DNA of 24,000 bases, taken from the NCBI GenBank assembly GCA_046349435.1, contig JAXMCI010000027.1:21972-45971 (forward strand), given 5' to 3'. Within the stretch, counting starts at the first letter, position 1. Each line of letters opens with the position of its first letter. The stretch comes from Dongiaceae bacterium (GTDB lineage Bacteria; Pseudomonadota; Alphaproteobacteria; Dongiales; Dongiaceae). The notes under the pieces were generated by a model. The model made no database searches. It saw only the letters and a list, made by a program, of their open reading frames with translations, and was not told the origin of the DNA. The position numbers and the translations under genes were made by a program. This document shows, one piece after another, positions 7,819 through 15,132 of the stretch.

Positions 7819-8364
7819 CTAGGGAATCTTGTATTCCAGGGCTTCCCAATAGGCCGTCCCGGTGCCGGCCACCGGGTTGACCACGTCGGCCTTGCCGGCG
7901 ACCACGGTGCGCGAGCCCGCGCGAATCACCATCTTGCCGCCGCCGCTGACGCCGGCGAACCGACCGGTGCCGCCGGTCAGCTTCATGTCGCCGGAGCAGC
8001 CCACCAGCTGGAAGCCGGTGCAGGCGACGTCGCTGTAGATCCGCGAGCCATCCTCGGTGGTGATCGTGCAGTGGCCCTTGGCGGTCTGCGAGGCGTCGAC
8101 CTGGTTGACCTCGACCGCGACCGGGCAGACCAGCTGGCCGGACGGGGTCGGGCCGTGGTCGGTCAGCACAAAGATCACGCCGACCAGCGCGCCGGTGAAG
8201 GTCTGCTGCTTCTCGCCGGTCTGGATGAAGTCGCCGCGACCCTCCCAGGTGGCGAAAGCGGTGATCTTGCCCTCCTCGGCGGCGGCCGCCGGCAGCCCGT
8301 AGCCGATCGCCCCGAGCAGGACCGCCGCGGCCGCGATGCGCGCGGCGCCGTTCAATGCGAACAT
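7819..8364 (-). CDS. secreted 4-Cys protein, unknown function
   Basis: The ATG is preceded by AAAGGAGAAACCC. It has a signal peptide (AARIAAAAVLLGAIGYGLPAAAAEE). The mature part is beta-rich with 4 Cys and a KLTGGTGRFAGVSGGG motif. I did not recognise a confident family. Confidence 0.65.
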   Translation of the reverse strand: MFALNGAARIAAAAVLLGAIGYGLPAAAAEEGKITAFATWEGRGDFIQTGEKQQTFTGALVGVIFVLTDHGPTPSGQLVCPVAVEVNQVDASQTAKGHCTITTEDGSRIYSDVACTGFQLVGCSGDMKLTGGTGRFAGVSGGGKMVIRAGSRTVVAGKADVVNPVAGTGTAYWEALEYKIP

Positions 8365-8406
8365 GGGTTTCTCCTTTGCAGCAATGTGTCGCGCGCGTGC
8401 GCCGCC

Positions 8407-8874
8407 TCAGTCCATCCGGATGTAGATGGCGTCGCCGCCGAGCGACAGCGCCAGACCGACGCGGTCGGCCTTGAGATGCAGCACCACGCCATTGGGGTTC
8501 CTCAGCCAGAGGTCGCCGCCACTGACGTCGCCGACCGCGAAGCCGTAGCGGCCCTGGACGTAGGCGCCCGGGAAGTAGGCGATGCTCGGCAGGTTGTAGA
8601 CCTCGCCATGGGCGGTGATCTCGGAGATCCCGAAGCCGCCGACGCCGAGCCCGCCGATCGAGAACCTCCAGGTCTGGCCCTGGAAGTTGATATTGCCGCC
8701 GCCGAGATTGGCGCTGCCGATCCAGGCGACCTGCACCTGCCGGATGCTGATCGTGCCGGACTTGACCAGATCCTCGGCCGCCGCGCGGCGGCGCGGGGCG
8801 GCGGCCAGAACCGCTGTCGCTCCCATGCCGAGCAGCAATCCGCGCCGGCTGGGGCTCTTGATCGTGGAACTCAT
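8407..8874 (-). CDS. Tat-signal periplasmic Gly-rich beta protein (DUF1134/DUF992-like, family uncertain)
   Basis: Internal ATG at 8874 of track ORF 8407..9033, preceded by GGGAGA. It has a twin-arginine motif (SPSRRGLLLGMGATAVLAAAP). The body is WIGSANLGGGNINFQGQTWRFSIGGLGVGGFGISEITAHGEVYNL...GVVLHLKADRVGLALSLGGDAIYIRMD. Confidence 0.7.
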   Translation of the reverse strand: MSSTIKSPSRRGLLLGMGATAVLAAAPRRRAAAEDLVKSGTISIRQVQVAWIGSANLGGGNINFQGQTWRFSIGGLGVGGFGISEITAHGEVYNLPSIAYFPGAYVQGRYGFAVGDVSGGDLWLRNPNGVVLHLKADRVGLALSLGGDAIYIRMD

Positions 8875-8909
8875 CGGTCGTCTCCCGGTCTGAGGGCTGG
8901 AGGGTGGCG

Positions 8910-9167
8910 TCACTGCTCCCGCGGCGAGGCTGCGACCTGCGCCAGGGTATCGAAGCAGGGCGCCGAGAGTTCGGTGATGTGCGCCCGGGCGTGTGTGCGA
9001 ATCCGCCCCTCGGCGGGTGGGGCGCCGGCGCACAACCGGGCGATGTCGCGGGCGCAGGACGCCGCTCCGGCGCCGACCGGGCCCTCCGCCGCGCCGGGGC
9101 GGAAGGCCAGCGGCAGCGGGGCGGCTGCCGGCGCGAGACGCGCAGAACCGGCAGGGTGCAGGCTCAT
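8910..9167 (-). CDS. degenerate paralog of the cysteine-rich-repeat protein (possibly decaying)
   Basis: The segment SCARDIARLCAGAPPAEGRIRTHARAHITELSAPCFDTL aligns with the upstream gene's ACGNDIDRLCAGVPPGEGRIKACIKAHMAELSAPCFDAI. The third Cys is replaced, the RBS is weak, and the N-terminus is Pro/Ala-rich without a convincing signal peptide. Confidence 0.4.
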   Translation of the reverse strand: MSLHPAGSARLAPAAAPLPLAFRPGAAEGPVGAGAASCARDIARLCAGAPPAEGRIRTHARAHITELSAPCFDTLAQVAASPREQ

Positions 9168-9192
9168 CGCTCGGATGCCCCGGCCGTGCGTC

Positions 9193-9435
9193 CTATTCGG
9201 GCTCCTTCTCCGCGGCGATCGCCTTCAGGATGGCGTCGAAGCAGGGGGCCGACAGTTCCGCCATGTGCGCCTTGATGCAGGCCTTGATCCGGCCCTCGCC
9301 CGGCGGTACGCCAGCGCACAGCCGGTCGATATCATTGCCGCAGGCACGCGCCAGCGTCATCATTTCCTGCGCCGTCGCGCCCGAGGCGAGCAGCAGAAGG
9401 CTGCCGCCGACAAGCCACCCAAGCTTGCGATTCAT
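9193..9435 (-). CDS. cysteine-rich repeat-containing small secreted protein
   Basis: 80 aa with a signal peptide (MNRKLGWLVGGSLLLLASGATAQE). The single C-x7-C-x12-C-x11-C unit with LCxGVxPGxGRIxxC matches the bacterial cysteine-rich-repeat family as I recall it. Confidence 0.75.
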   Translation of the reverse strand: MNRKLGWLVGGSLLLLASGATAQEMMTLARACGNDIDRLCAGVPPGEGRIKACIKAHMAELSAPCFDAILKAIAAEKEPE

Positions 9436-9463
9436 CTTCGTCCCCCGTCCTCAGGAAGCCCGA

Positions 9464-10267
9464 TCAGGGCGCGGCCACGACTCGATAATAGAGCCCGTTC
9501 GCCCCGTAGGCCGGCTCCAGCCACATCGCTCCGCATTCGAAGTAGTTGACCGTACCGACGGGCTTGTAGAGGCAGTTCGCCGGCAGGGCGGTGTAGATCT
9601 GGTTCGGCGGCGGAGCCGCCGCCGCTTGGCCCGCGGCGACGCCGGCATTGTAGGCATTGTAGTTGGCTGCCGCTGTGCCCGCGACCGCGGCACCGGCCAC
9701 GACGCCGGCCGCTGCCGCCGCGCCATAGCCCCAGCCGCCGCAATTGCCGCAGCCGTTGTTGTAGTAGTAGTTGACGTTGGTCGGCGGATGGTAGGCGCCG
9801 TAGTAGCTGCCGCCGTAGTAGTTGCCGTTGCTGTAGACGTTGGTCGGGTGGCCATAGCCGCCATTGGCCGAGCCATAGGCATTGCTGGCGCTCCAGCTGC
9901 CGTCGCCGCCCGAGGCATGTCCGCCATAGGCGCCGGTGGCGCTCCAGCTGCCGTCGCCGCCCGAGGCATGCCCGCCATTGGCGCCGGTGGCGCTCCAGGA
10001 GCCGTCGCCGCCCGAGGCGTGCCCCCCATAGGCGCTGTTGGCGCTCCAGGAACCGCCGCCGCCCGAGGCGTGCCCGCCCTCGGCGCCGGTGGCGCTCCAG
10101 GAGCCGCCGCCGCCGTGCGCGTTGCCGCCGTTCCAGCTGTGCGCGCTCCAGGATCCACCGCCGCCGGAGGCCGTGCCGTAGTATCCCGAGTGCGTCCAGG
10201 CGCCGGCCGGGAGGGCCGGCAGCGCCGCCGCCGCCAGGGTGAGAATTCCGATCAGTGCGCGTCTCAT
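9464..10267 (-). CDS. secreted Gly/His/Trp-rich tandem-repeat protein with a Cys-containing C-terminal domain
   Basis: It has a signal peptide (MRRALIGILTLAAAALPALPAGA). Six units of about 17 aa follow (GSWSATGAxGGHASGG[D/G]). Next come a Tyr/Asn/Gly-rich stretch, a Gly/Ala hydrophobic segment and the C-terminus IYTALPANCLYKPVGTVNYFECGAMWLEPAYGANGLYYRVVAAP. Confidence 0.75.
   Translation of the reverse strand: MRRALIGILTLAAAALPALPAGAWTHSGYYGTASGGGGSWSAHSWNGGNAHGGGGSWSATGAEGGHASGGGGSWSANSAYGGHASGGDGSWSATGANGGHASGGDGSWSATGAYGGHASGGDGSWSASNAYGSANGGYGHPTNVYSNGNYYGGSYYGAYHPPTNVNYYYNNGCGNCGGWGYGAAAAAGVVAGAAVAGTAAANYNAYNAGVAAGQAAAAPPPNQIYTALPANCLYKPVGTVNYFECGAMWLEPAYGANGLYYRVVAAP
9887..10192 (-). 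repeat. 51-bp in-frame tandem repeat, 6 units (4 well conserved, 2 degenerate)
   Basis: On the plus strand GGCGCTCCAG recurs at 9887, 9938, 9989, 10040 and 10091, and in degenerate form at 10142. The period is exactly 51 nt. Units 9887-9937 and 9938-9988 differ at 2 of 51 positions. Confidence 0.85.
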
Positions 10268-10282
10268 GACCCGTCTTCCCGC

Positions 10283-11128
10283 TCAGTTCGGTTGCGGCAG
10301 CTTGGCGTCGGGGCTCTCGAACTTGATCCGTGGCGCCTTCAGTGCCTTCTCCGAGGTGAAGTCCGAGGCCGCCAGCTTGGGGTCGAGCTTCCAGTCCGAC
10401 ATTTCGACGACGTGCCGGAAGTTGCCCGGCTCGTTGAAGAAGGTGGCCCGCGCCAGCCGCGGCAGATGATCCTCGGCGCCGATCCAGAACTCCGCCTGCA
10501 CGGTGTCGGTGGCCACCGCGACGATGTCGGTCACCGTGCCGCCGACGACGTGCGACTGGCCGACATAGAAGGCGAGGCGCAATCCCCGGGACAGGTCCTT
10601 GTAGGGATCGGCGACGATGGCGTCGGTGAAGGGGAAGTAGATCGCCGCCTTCTGGAAGGCGAGCTCGAGCATCGCATCGATGGTCGCCGGCGCCTGATCG
10701 ACGGCGACCAGGTTCGCGGCCGGCGCGTAGGCCATCATCGTCTTGCCGTCGTAGTAGAACTCGGTCGCCGGGCCGTCGCCCGGGCTGATCACCCGGAGCT
10801 TGTCGGGCCGCTGCAGCGCGACCTCGAAGAGCGAGGTGTAGGCGAGCGGCTGGCCAGTGACCGCCGGGCTCTCGTAGGTGGCCAGCGCCGTGAACGTCAT
10901 GCTGTGGGCGGCGGCGAGCCGGTCGCCCATCGCCTTGAGGATCTCCATCGCCTTCGGCTCGAGGATCGGCTTCTCGGGCAGGTTGACGGTCGGCAGCCGG
11001 GACGGCGGCGCGGCCGGCCCGGCACTGGGCGGCGTTGCGGTCGCATCCTCGGCGCGAGCGCCAGGCGCCGGCACGGCGCCGATCAGGGCGAGGCAAAGGG
11101 CAAGGGCGGACCAGGCAGTCGCGCGCAT
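10283..11128 (-). CDS. DUF2092 (LolA-like fold) periplasmic protein
   Basis: The ATG is preceded by GGAGG. It has a signal peptide (MRATAWSALALCLALIGAVPAPGARA). The body FYYDGKTMMAYAPAANLVAVDQAPATIDAMLE...YFPFTDAIVADPYKDL...AFYVGQSHVVGG...AEFWIGAEDHLP...SDWKLDPKL fits my recollection of DUF2092. Confidence 0.75.
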   Translation of the reverse strand: MRATAWSALALCLALIGAVPAPGARAEDATATPPSAGPAAPPSRLPTVNLPEKPILEPKAMEILKAMGDRLAAAHSMTFTALATYESPAVTGQPLAYTSLFEVALQRPDKLRVISPGDGPATEFYYDGKTMMAYAPAANLVAVDQAPATIDAMLELAFQKAAIYFPFTDAIVADPYKDLSRGLRLAFYVGQSHVVGGTVTDIVAVATDTVQAEFWIGAEDHLPRLARATFFNEPGNFRHVVEMSDWKLDPKLAASDFTSEKALKAPRIKFESPDAKLPQPN

Positions 11129-11268
11129 CGGGGAACCTCCGGGATTGCTATATCATCGGTGGCCCGCGGCCGGAATACTTGTCCTTTCGTGCCAACCGCT
11201 CGGCGGCCGCGCCGTAACCTGCTAGAAAGGCGGCCCGGCAGATCGGGGCGGCGAGGGAGGGGCGCTGG

Positions 11269-11958
11269 ATGGCAGCCGGGGCAGAGGATCGGGACGGCGA
11301 TTCGACCGAGGCGCTGATCCCGATCGGCCGTTACCGCTGCTTCTACCTCGTGCTGGCGCTCGTCGGGCTGCTCGCCCTCTACCCCTACCTGGGCTTTACC
11401 GGCGACGGGCGGATCCTCCTCAACCTGCTCAACCTGATCGTCATGGGCGGCGCCCTCGCGACGGTCCGGCGGCAGCCGCTGTCGGTGCTCCGCGTCGTGC
11501 TGCTGGTGCTGCTCGTCCTCGGGCTGCAGATCTGGCACCTGATAGCGCCGGCGCCGGTGCCCTTTCTCCTGCTGTGCGTGGCGATGTCGGGCCTCTATGG
11601 CCTGGTCGTGGTCGGGCTGCTCGCCTACCTGCTGCGGCGGGAGCCGATAACCCCCGACAAGCTCTATGCCGGCATCGCCGGCTACATCCTGATCGGCCTC
11701 TTCTTCGCCGCCCTCCTGCGGCTGCTGCAGGATCTCGACCCGCGCGCCTTCAGCGCCGATCCGTCCGTGCAGGGGCCGCCGGAGTTCTTCGACTTCATCT
11801 ATGTCAGCTTCGGCACCCTGACGACGGCGGGCTTCACCGGGCTGACGCCGGTGCTGCAGCAGGCGCGTTCCCTGCTGGTGCTCGAGGAGATCACCGGCTT
11901 CGTCTATGCCGCCCTCCTCGTCGCCCGGCTGACCTCGCTCTATCGCCCCGGAGGTTGA
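11269..11958 (+). CDS. ion-channel family membrane protein (K+-channel-like pore with a variant filter)
   Basis: The ATG is preceded by GAGGGAGGGG. It has several TM helices, then a pore-helix/filter segment FFDFIYVSFGTLTTAGFTGLTP, then a final TM helix (ITGFVYAALLVARL). Confidence 0.8.
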   Translation: MAAGAEDRDGDSTEALIPIGRYRCFYLVLALVGLLALYPYLGFTGDGRILLNLLNLIVMGGALATVRRQPLSVLRVVLLVLLVLGLQIWHLIAPAPVPFLLLCVAMSGLYGLVVVGLLAYLLRREPITPDKLYAGIAGYILIGLFFAALLRLLQDLDPRAFSADPSVQGPPEFFDFIYVSFGTLTTAGFTGLTPVLQQARSLLVLEEITGFVYAALLVARLTSLYRPGG

Positions 11959-11973
11959 GATCGGGCCCCCGTC

Positions 11974-12975
11974 TCAGGGCAGGGCCAGCAGCAGCCGGCG
12001 GACGGCCTCGACCAGCGGGCGCAGCCAGGGCCGCGCCAGGATCAGGCGCCAGCAGGCCGCCGCCGGGGGCGTGCGCAGCACCCGCCGCGCCAGGTCGAGC
12101 GTCCGGCTGGTCGCGGCCGCCGGCTGCGGCCGCGACTGCGGCAGCAATCCGTCGCGCTCCAGGTAGGTGTGCAGGTCGGGCGTCACGCGGCCCTGCCACT
12201 TCTGCCGGAAGTGGGCGGCGTTGGCCTGCTCGTGGTCCCTGCGGCCGGGGCTCTGCAGGCCGATGTGATAGATCACGCTGTCCCCGGCGTAGTAGACGAT
12301 GCCGCCGCGCTCGCGCACGCGCAGGCAGAAATCGACGTCCTCGTAGCCGTTCCGGAAGGCCGGATCGAAGCCGCCGAGCGCCTGGAACAGGCGGCGCGGC
12401 ACCAGCCAGCAGGCCGCCGTCACGATCTGGAACTCGCGGCCGAGCAGGGCCGGTGGAAAATCGCCCGGCCGGCCGGCATGGAGATGGACCGGCTGCCCGT
12501 CGTCGTCGAACACCATGCCGGCATGGTTGATCGTCCCGGTGCCGGGCGTGAGCTGCCGGTTGCCGACCACCCCGATTCGCGGGTCCCGTCGCGCCGCGGC
12601 GACCAGCCGGGCGAGCCAGCCGGGGGTCACCCGGGTGTCGTTGTTGAGCAGGCAGAGATACGCGCCGCGCGCGACCGCGGCGGCGTCGTTCATGTTGCGC
12701 GCGAATCCCTGGCGGGTGGCGTTGCGCACCACCGTGATGCGCTCTCCCAGGGATGCGAGATAGGCCGGCGTATCGTCGATCGAGCAATCGTCGATCACCA
12801 GGATCTCGGTCGGAATCGCCGGGTCGGCGCAGGCGAACACGCTGTCCAGGCAGTCCCGCGTCAGCTCCACGCGGTCGCACACCGGCACCAGCAGCGAGAC
12901 CAGCGGGGTCGCGCCTGACGGGTCGTCGCCGGACCCGCCGCCGGGCGGCGGCAGGTCGTGGCCGGGGGCGGGCAA
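11974..12975 (-). CDS. family 2 glycosyltransferase (GT-A)
   Basis: The body reads VSLLVPVCDRVELTRDCLDSV...EILVIDDCSIDDT...ARNMNDAAAVARGAYLCLLNNDT...GYEDVDFCLRVRERG. It carries the DxD-type (NNDT) and ED motifs. The start is TTG at 12975 with AGGAG 11 nt upstream. There is no in-frame ATG before the conserved N-terminus. Confidence 0.85.
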   Translation of the reverse strand: MPAPGHDLPPPGGGSGDDPSGATPLVSLLVPVCDRVELTRDCLDSVFACADPAIPTEILVIDDCSIDDTPAYLASLGERITVVRNATRQGFARNMNDAAAVARGAYLCLLNNDTRVTPGWLARLVAAARRDPRIGVVGNRQLTPGTGTINHAGMVFDDDGQPVHLHAGRPGDFPPALLGREFQIVTAACWLVPRRLFQALGGFDPAFRNGYEDVDFCLRVRERGGIVYYAGDSVIYHIGLQSPGRRDHEQANAAHFRQKWQGRVTPDLHTYLERDGLLPQSRPQPAAATSRTLDLARRVLRTPPAAACWRLILARPWLRPLVEAVRRLLLALP

Positions 12976-13247
12976 GGGCGGATGAGCTCCTGGCAGGTCG
13001 ATCGAGGCGAACCCTAGGCAGGGGCGGCGTCACTGACAACCGGCATCTCGGTCCGGCCGCGCCGGCGCCCCCGGGCCCGCAGCGGGGGGTTGTCGGCCCC
13101 CGACCGCCGGGCTATGAGGGCGGGAAGGAAGCGATTTGCGAGAGCAGAGTGGCAGGGAGCACCGGGTTCTCCACGGAGTTGGGCGCGGCGGTCGCGGCGG
13201 AACCCCAGCCGGTACGCGCCGTCAGGCTCGGCGTGGTGGCGGGAGCC

Positions 13248-13610
13248 ATGGCGACGCAGCCCTGGCTCAGCGTGGTTGCGCCGTCGCCGCCGCCGTCGCC
13301 GCCCGTGCCGCCGCCCGCCATGGCCGCGCCGGGCGGCAGGCGGGTGGTGCTGGACGCCCTGCGCGCGGCGCTGCGGCCGCTGCTCCTCCGCTTCGAGTAC
13401 CGGGTCCGCACCGCCGTCGAGGGCAGCTCGGCGGCCTGGGCGATCGCCCGGGCCGAGCGGCAGCTGGTCGAGCAGCGGGTGATCCTCGAGTCGATGGAGC
13501 GCCGCATCGTCGCGCTCGTTGCGGAGCTCGCCCAGCTGCAGCAGGAGCTGTCGGAGCGGCGCGACGCGCCGATCGTGCAGGACCGCGACGGGCCGGGAGA
13601 TCCTGCTTGA
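13248..13610 (+). CDS. small Pro-rich / coiled-coil protein, unknown function (start uncertain)
   Basis: Frame of track ORF 12753..13610. GC3 is high and the sequence is protein-like from at least about 13149. The sequence includes VVLDALRAALRPLLLRFEYRVRTAVEGSSAAWAIARAERQLVEQRVILESMERRIVALVAELAQLQQELSERR. I used the ATG at 13248. The GTGs at 13149, 13233 and 13236 are alternatives. Its stop overlaps the next start (TTGA). Confidence 0.5.
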   Translation: MATQPWLSVVAPSPPPSPPVPPPAMAAPGGRRVVLDALRAALRPLLLRFEYRVRTAVEGSSAAWAIARAERQLVEQRVILESMERRIVALVAELAQLQQELSERRDAPIVQDRDGPGDPA

Positions 13611-14101
13611 GGATCGGCATCGTCTCCGCCGCGGTGCCGCTGGCCGGCGGTGGGCGGCGGATCGCGGCGGCGCTGCGCGCCGCGCTCACCGAGCGCAACC
13701 ATCGCGTCGAGACCGTCCTGCTGCCGATCGACGAATCGGCGGACGACCTGCTGCAGCAGGTCATGGCCTATCGCCTGGTCGAGCTCGACCCGCAGTTCGA
13801 CCGGGTGATCACCGTGCGCCCGCCTGCCCACGTCGTGCGCCATCGCTGCAAGGTCGTCCTGATCGGCCACCGGACGCGCTCGTCCCTGCCGGACACGCGC
13901 TGGGCGCAGGCGCTGCGGGCGGAGCTCGAGCGCGTCGATGCCGCGGCCCTGCGCGAGGCCCGCGCCGTCTACGTCCGCGACCGGGAGACCGCCGAGCGGC
14001 TGCGCCGCGGCCATGCCCGCTGCGAGGCGCTCGCCCTGCCGCTGACGCGCGCCCGCCGCGCGATCGGCTGGGACGCCGCACTGGAGAAGCTGCTGGCGTG
14101 A
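13607..14101 (+). CDS. N-terminal-domain-only paralog of the adjacent GT4 glycosyltransferase
   Basis: TTG at 13607 is preceded by GGGAGA (6-nt spacer). It lies in the frame of track ORF 13136..14101, whose first half is shadow sequence. The 164-aa product aligns with the first ~150 aa and the last ~15 aa of the 14098 gene: RIGIVSAAVPLAGGG/RVLVLSTMVPFVHGG, DRVITVRPPAHVV/DRVIALKFPAYLV, ALREARAVYVRDRETAERL/ALTEARSVFTSSPVTRDRL and GWDAALEKLLA/AWPQTLDRLLA. Confidence 0.6.
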   Translation: MRIGIVSAAVPLAGGGRRIAAALRAALTERNHRVETVLLPIDESADDLLQQVMAYRLVELDPQFDRVITVRPPAHVVRHRCKVVLIGHRTRSSLPDTRWAQALRAELERVDAAALREARAVYVRDRETAERLRRGHARCEALALPLTRARRAIGWDAALEKLLA

Positions 14102-15132
14102 GGGTCCTCGTCCTCAGCACCATGGTGCCCTTCGTCCACGGCGGTGCCGAGATCCAGCGGGATGCCCTGCTGGTCCGGCTGCGCCGGCGCGGCATCGCCG
14201 CGGAGGCGATGAGCCTGCCCTTCCTGTGGGAGCCCTACGAGCGGGTGGTCGAGGAGATGGTGCTCGCCCGCAGCCTGCGCATCGCCCGCGCCGACCGGGT
14301 GATCGCCCTCAAGTTCCCGGCCTATCTCGTACCCTGCGAGTCCAAGGTGGTCTGGCTGATCCACCAGTACCGCCAGGCCTACGACATGTTCGAGGCGGGC
14401 CACTCGAACATCCCGCAGACGGCCCGCGGCGCCGCGCTGCGCGCCATGGTGGCGGCGGCCGATACCAGCGCGCTGACCGAGGCGCGGTCCGTCTTCACCT
14501 CCTCGCCGGTGACCCGCGACCGGCTGCTCCGCTTCAACGGCCTCGAGGCCGCCGTGCTGCCCGTGCCGCTCGACGATCCCGAGCGATTCGGCGGCGGCCC
14601 GTCGGACGGCTACATCGTCGCGACCGGGCGGGTGGGCGCGCTGAAGCGCCAGTGGCTGCTGCTGCGGGCGCTGCGCCATGCGCCGGGCGTGCGGGCCGTG
14701 ATCGCCGGCCCGCCCGACCGCCCGCAGGATGCCGAGGAGCTGCGCCGCCTGCTCGAAGCCGAGGGTCTCTCCGATCGGGTCCGGCTCGTGCTCAGGTTCC
14801 TGCCGCGGGACGACCTCGCCGAGCTGGTCAATCGCAGCCTTGGGGTCGCCTGCCTGCCCTTCGAGGAGGACACCGCGAGCTTCGTCGCGATGGAGGCGTT
14901 CCAGGCCGGCAAGCCGGTGCTCACGCTGACCGATTCCGGCGGGGTCCTCGACCTCGTGCGCGACGGCGAGACCGGCTGGGTGGCGGCGCCGACGCCGGAA
15001 TCGCTCGGCGCGGCGCTGCGCGCCATGGCGGCCGCGCCGGCCGAGGCGGCGGCGCGGGGCGAGGCGGGCCGCCGCGCCTTCCTGGCCCGCGGCGTCGCCT
15101 GGCCGCAGACGCTGGACCGGCTGCTGGCATGA
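14098..15132 (+). CDS. family 4 (GT-B) glycosyltransferase
   Basis: GTG at 14098 overlaps the upstream stop (GTGA). The N-terminus is RVLVLSTMVPFVHGGAE. The C-terminal Rossmann half contains GYIVATGRVGALKRQ...LPFEEDTASFVAMEAFQAGKPVLTLTDSGGVLDLVRDGETGWV. Confidence 0.85.
   Translation: MRVLVLSTMVPFVHGGAEIQRDALLVRLRRRGIAAEAMSLPFLWEPYERVVEEMVLARSLRIARADRVIALKFPAYLVPCESKVVWLIHQYRQAYDMFEAGHSNIPQTARGAALRAMVAAADTSALTEARSVFTSSPVTRDRLLRFNGLEAAVLPVPLDDPERFGGGPSDGYIVATGRVGALKRQWLLLRALRHAPGVRAVIAGPPDRPQDAEELRRLLEAEGLSDRVRLVLRFLPRDDLAELVNRSLGVACLPFEEDTASFVAMEAFQAGKPVLTLTDSGGVLDLVRDGETGWVAAPTPESLGAALRAMAAAPAEAAARGEAGRRAFLARGVAWPQTLDRLLA

Noticed and set aside
9887-10192. A regular 51-bp tandem repeat that could be mistaken for a CRISPR array or a non-coding satellite.
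   Set aside because: The units are contiguous with no unique spacers. The period is a multiple of three. The array lies in-frame inside an ORF that has a signal peptide and a structured C-terminal domain. No cas genes are present.
11178-11195. A sigma-54-like -24 element (TGGCACG on the minus strand, 11194-11188) upstream of the exported-protein operon.
   Set aside because: The sequence at the expected -12 position reads GACA rather than TTGC, so the GG-N10-GC spacing rule fails. No enhancer-binding protein gene is nearby. It is most likely a chance match.
13136-14101. A 321-aa ORF read as one glycosyltransferase gene.
   Set aside because: Residues encoded upstream of 13607 are R/G/A-rich shadow sequence overlapping the better-looking frame-0 coiled-coil gene (13248-13610). 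GT-like sequence begins exactly at the TTG at 13607, which has its own RBS.
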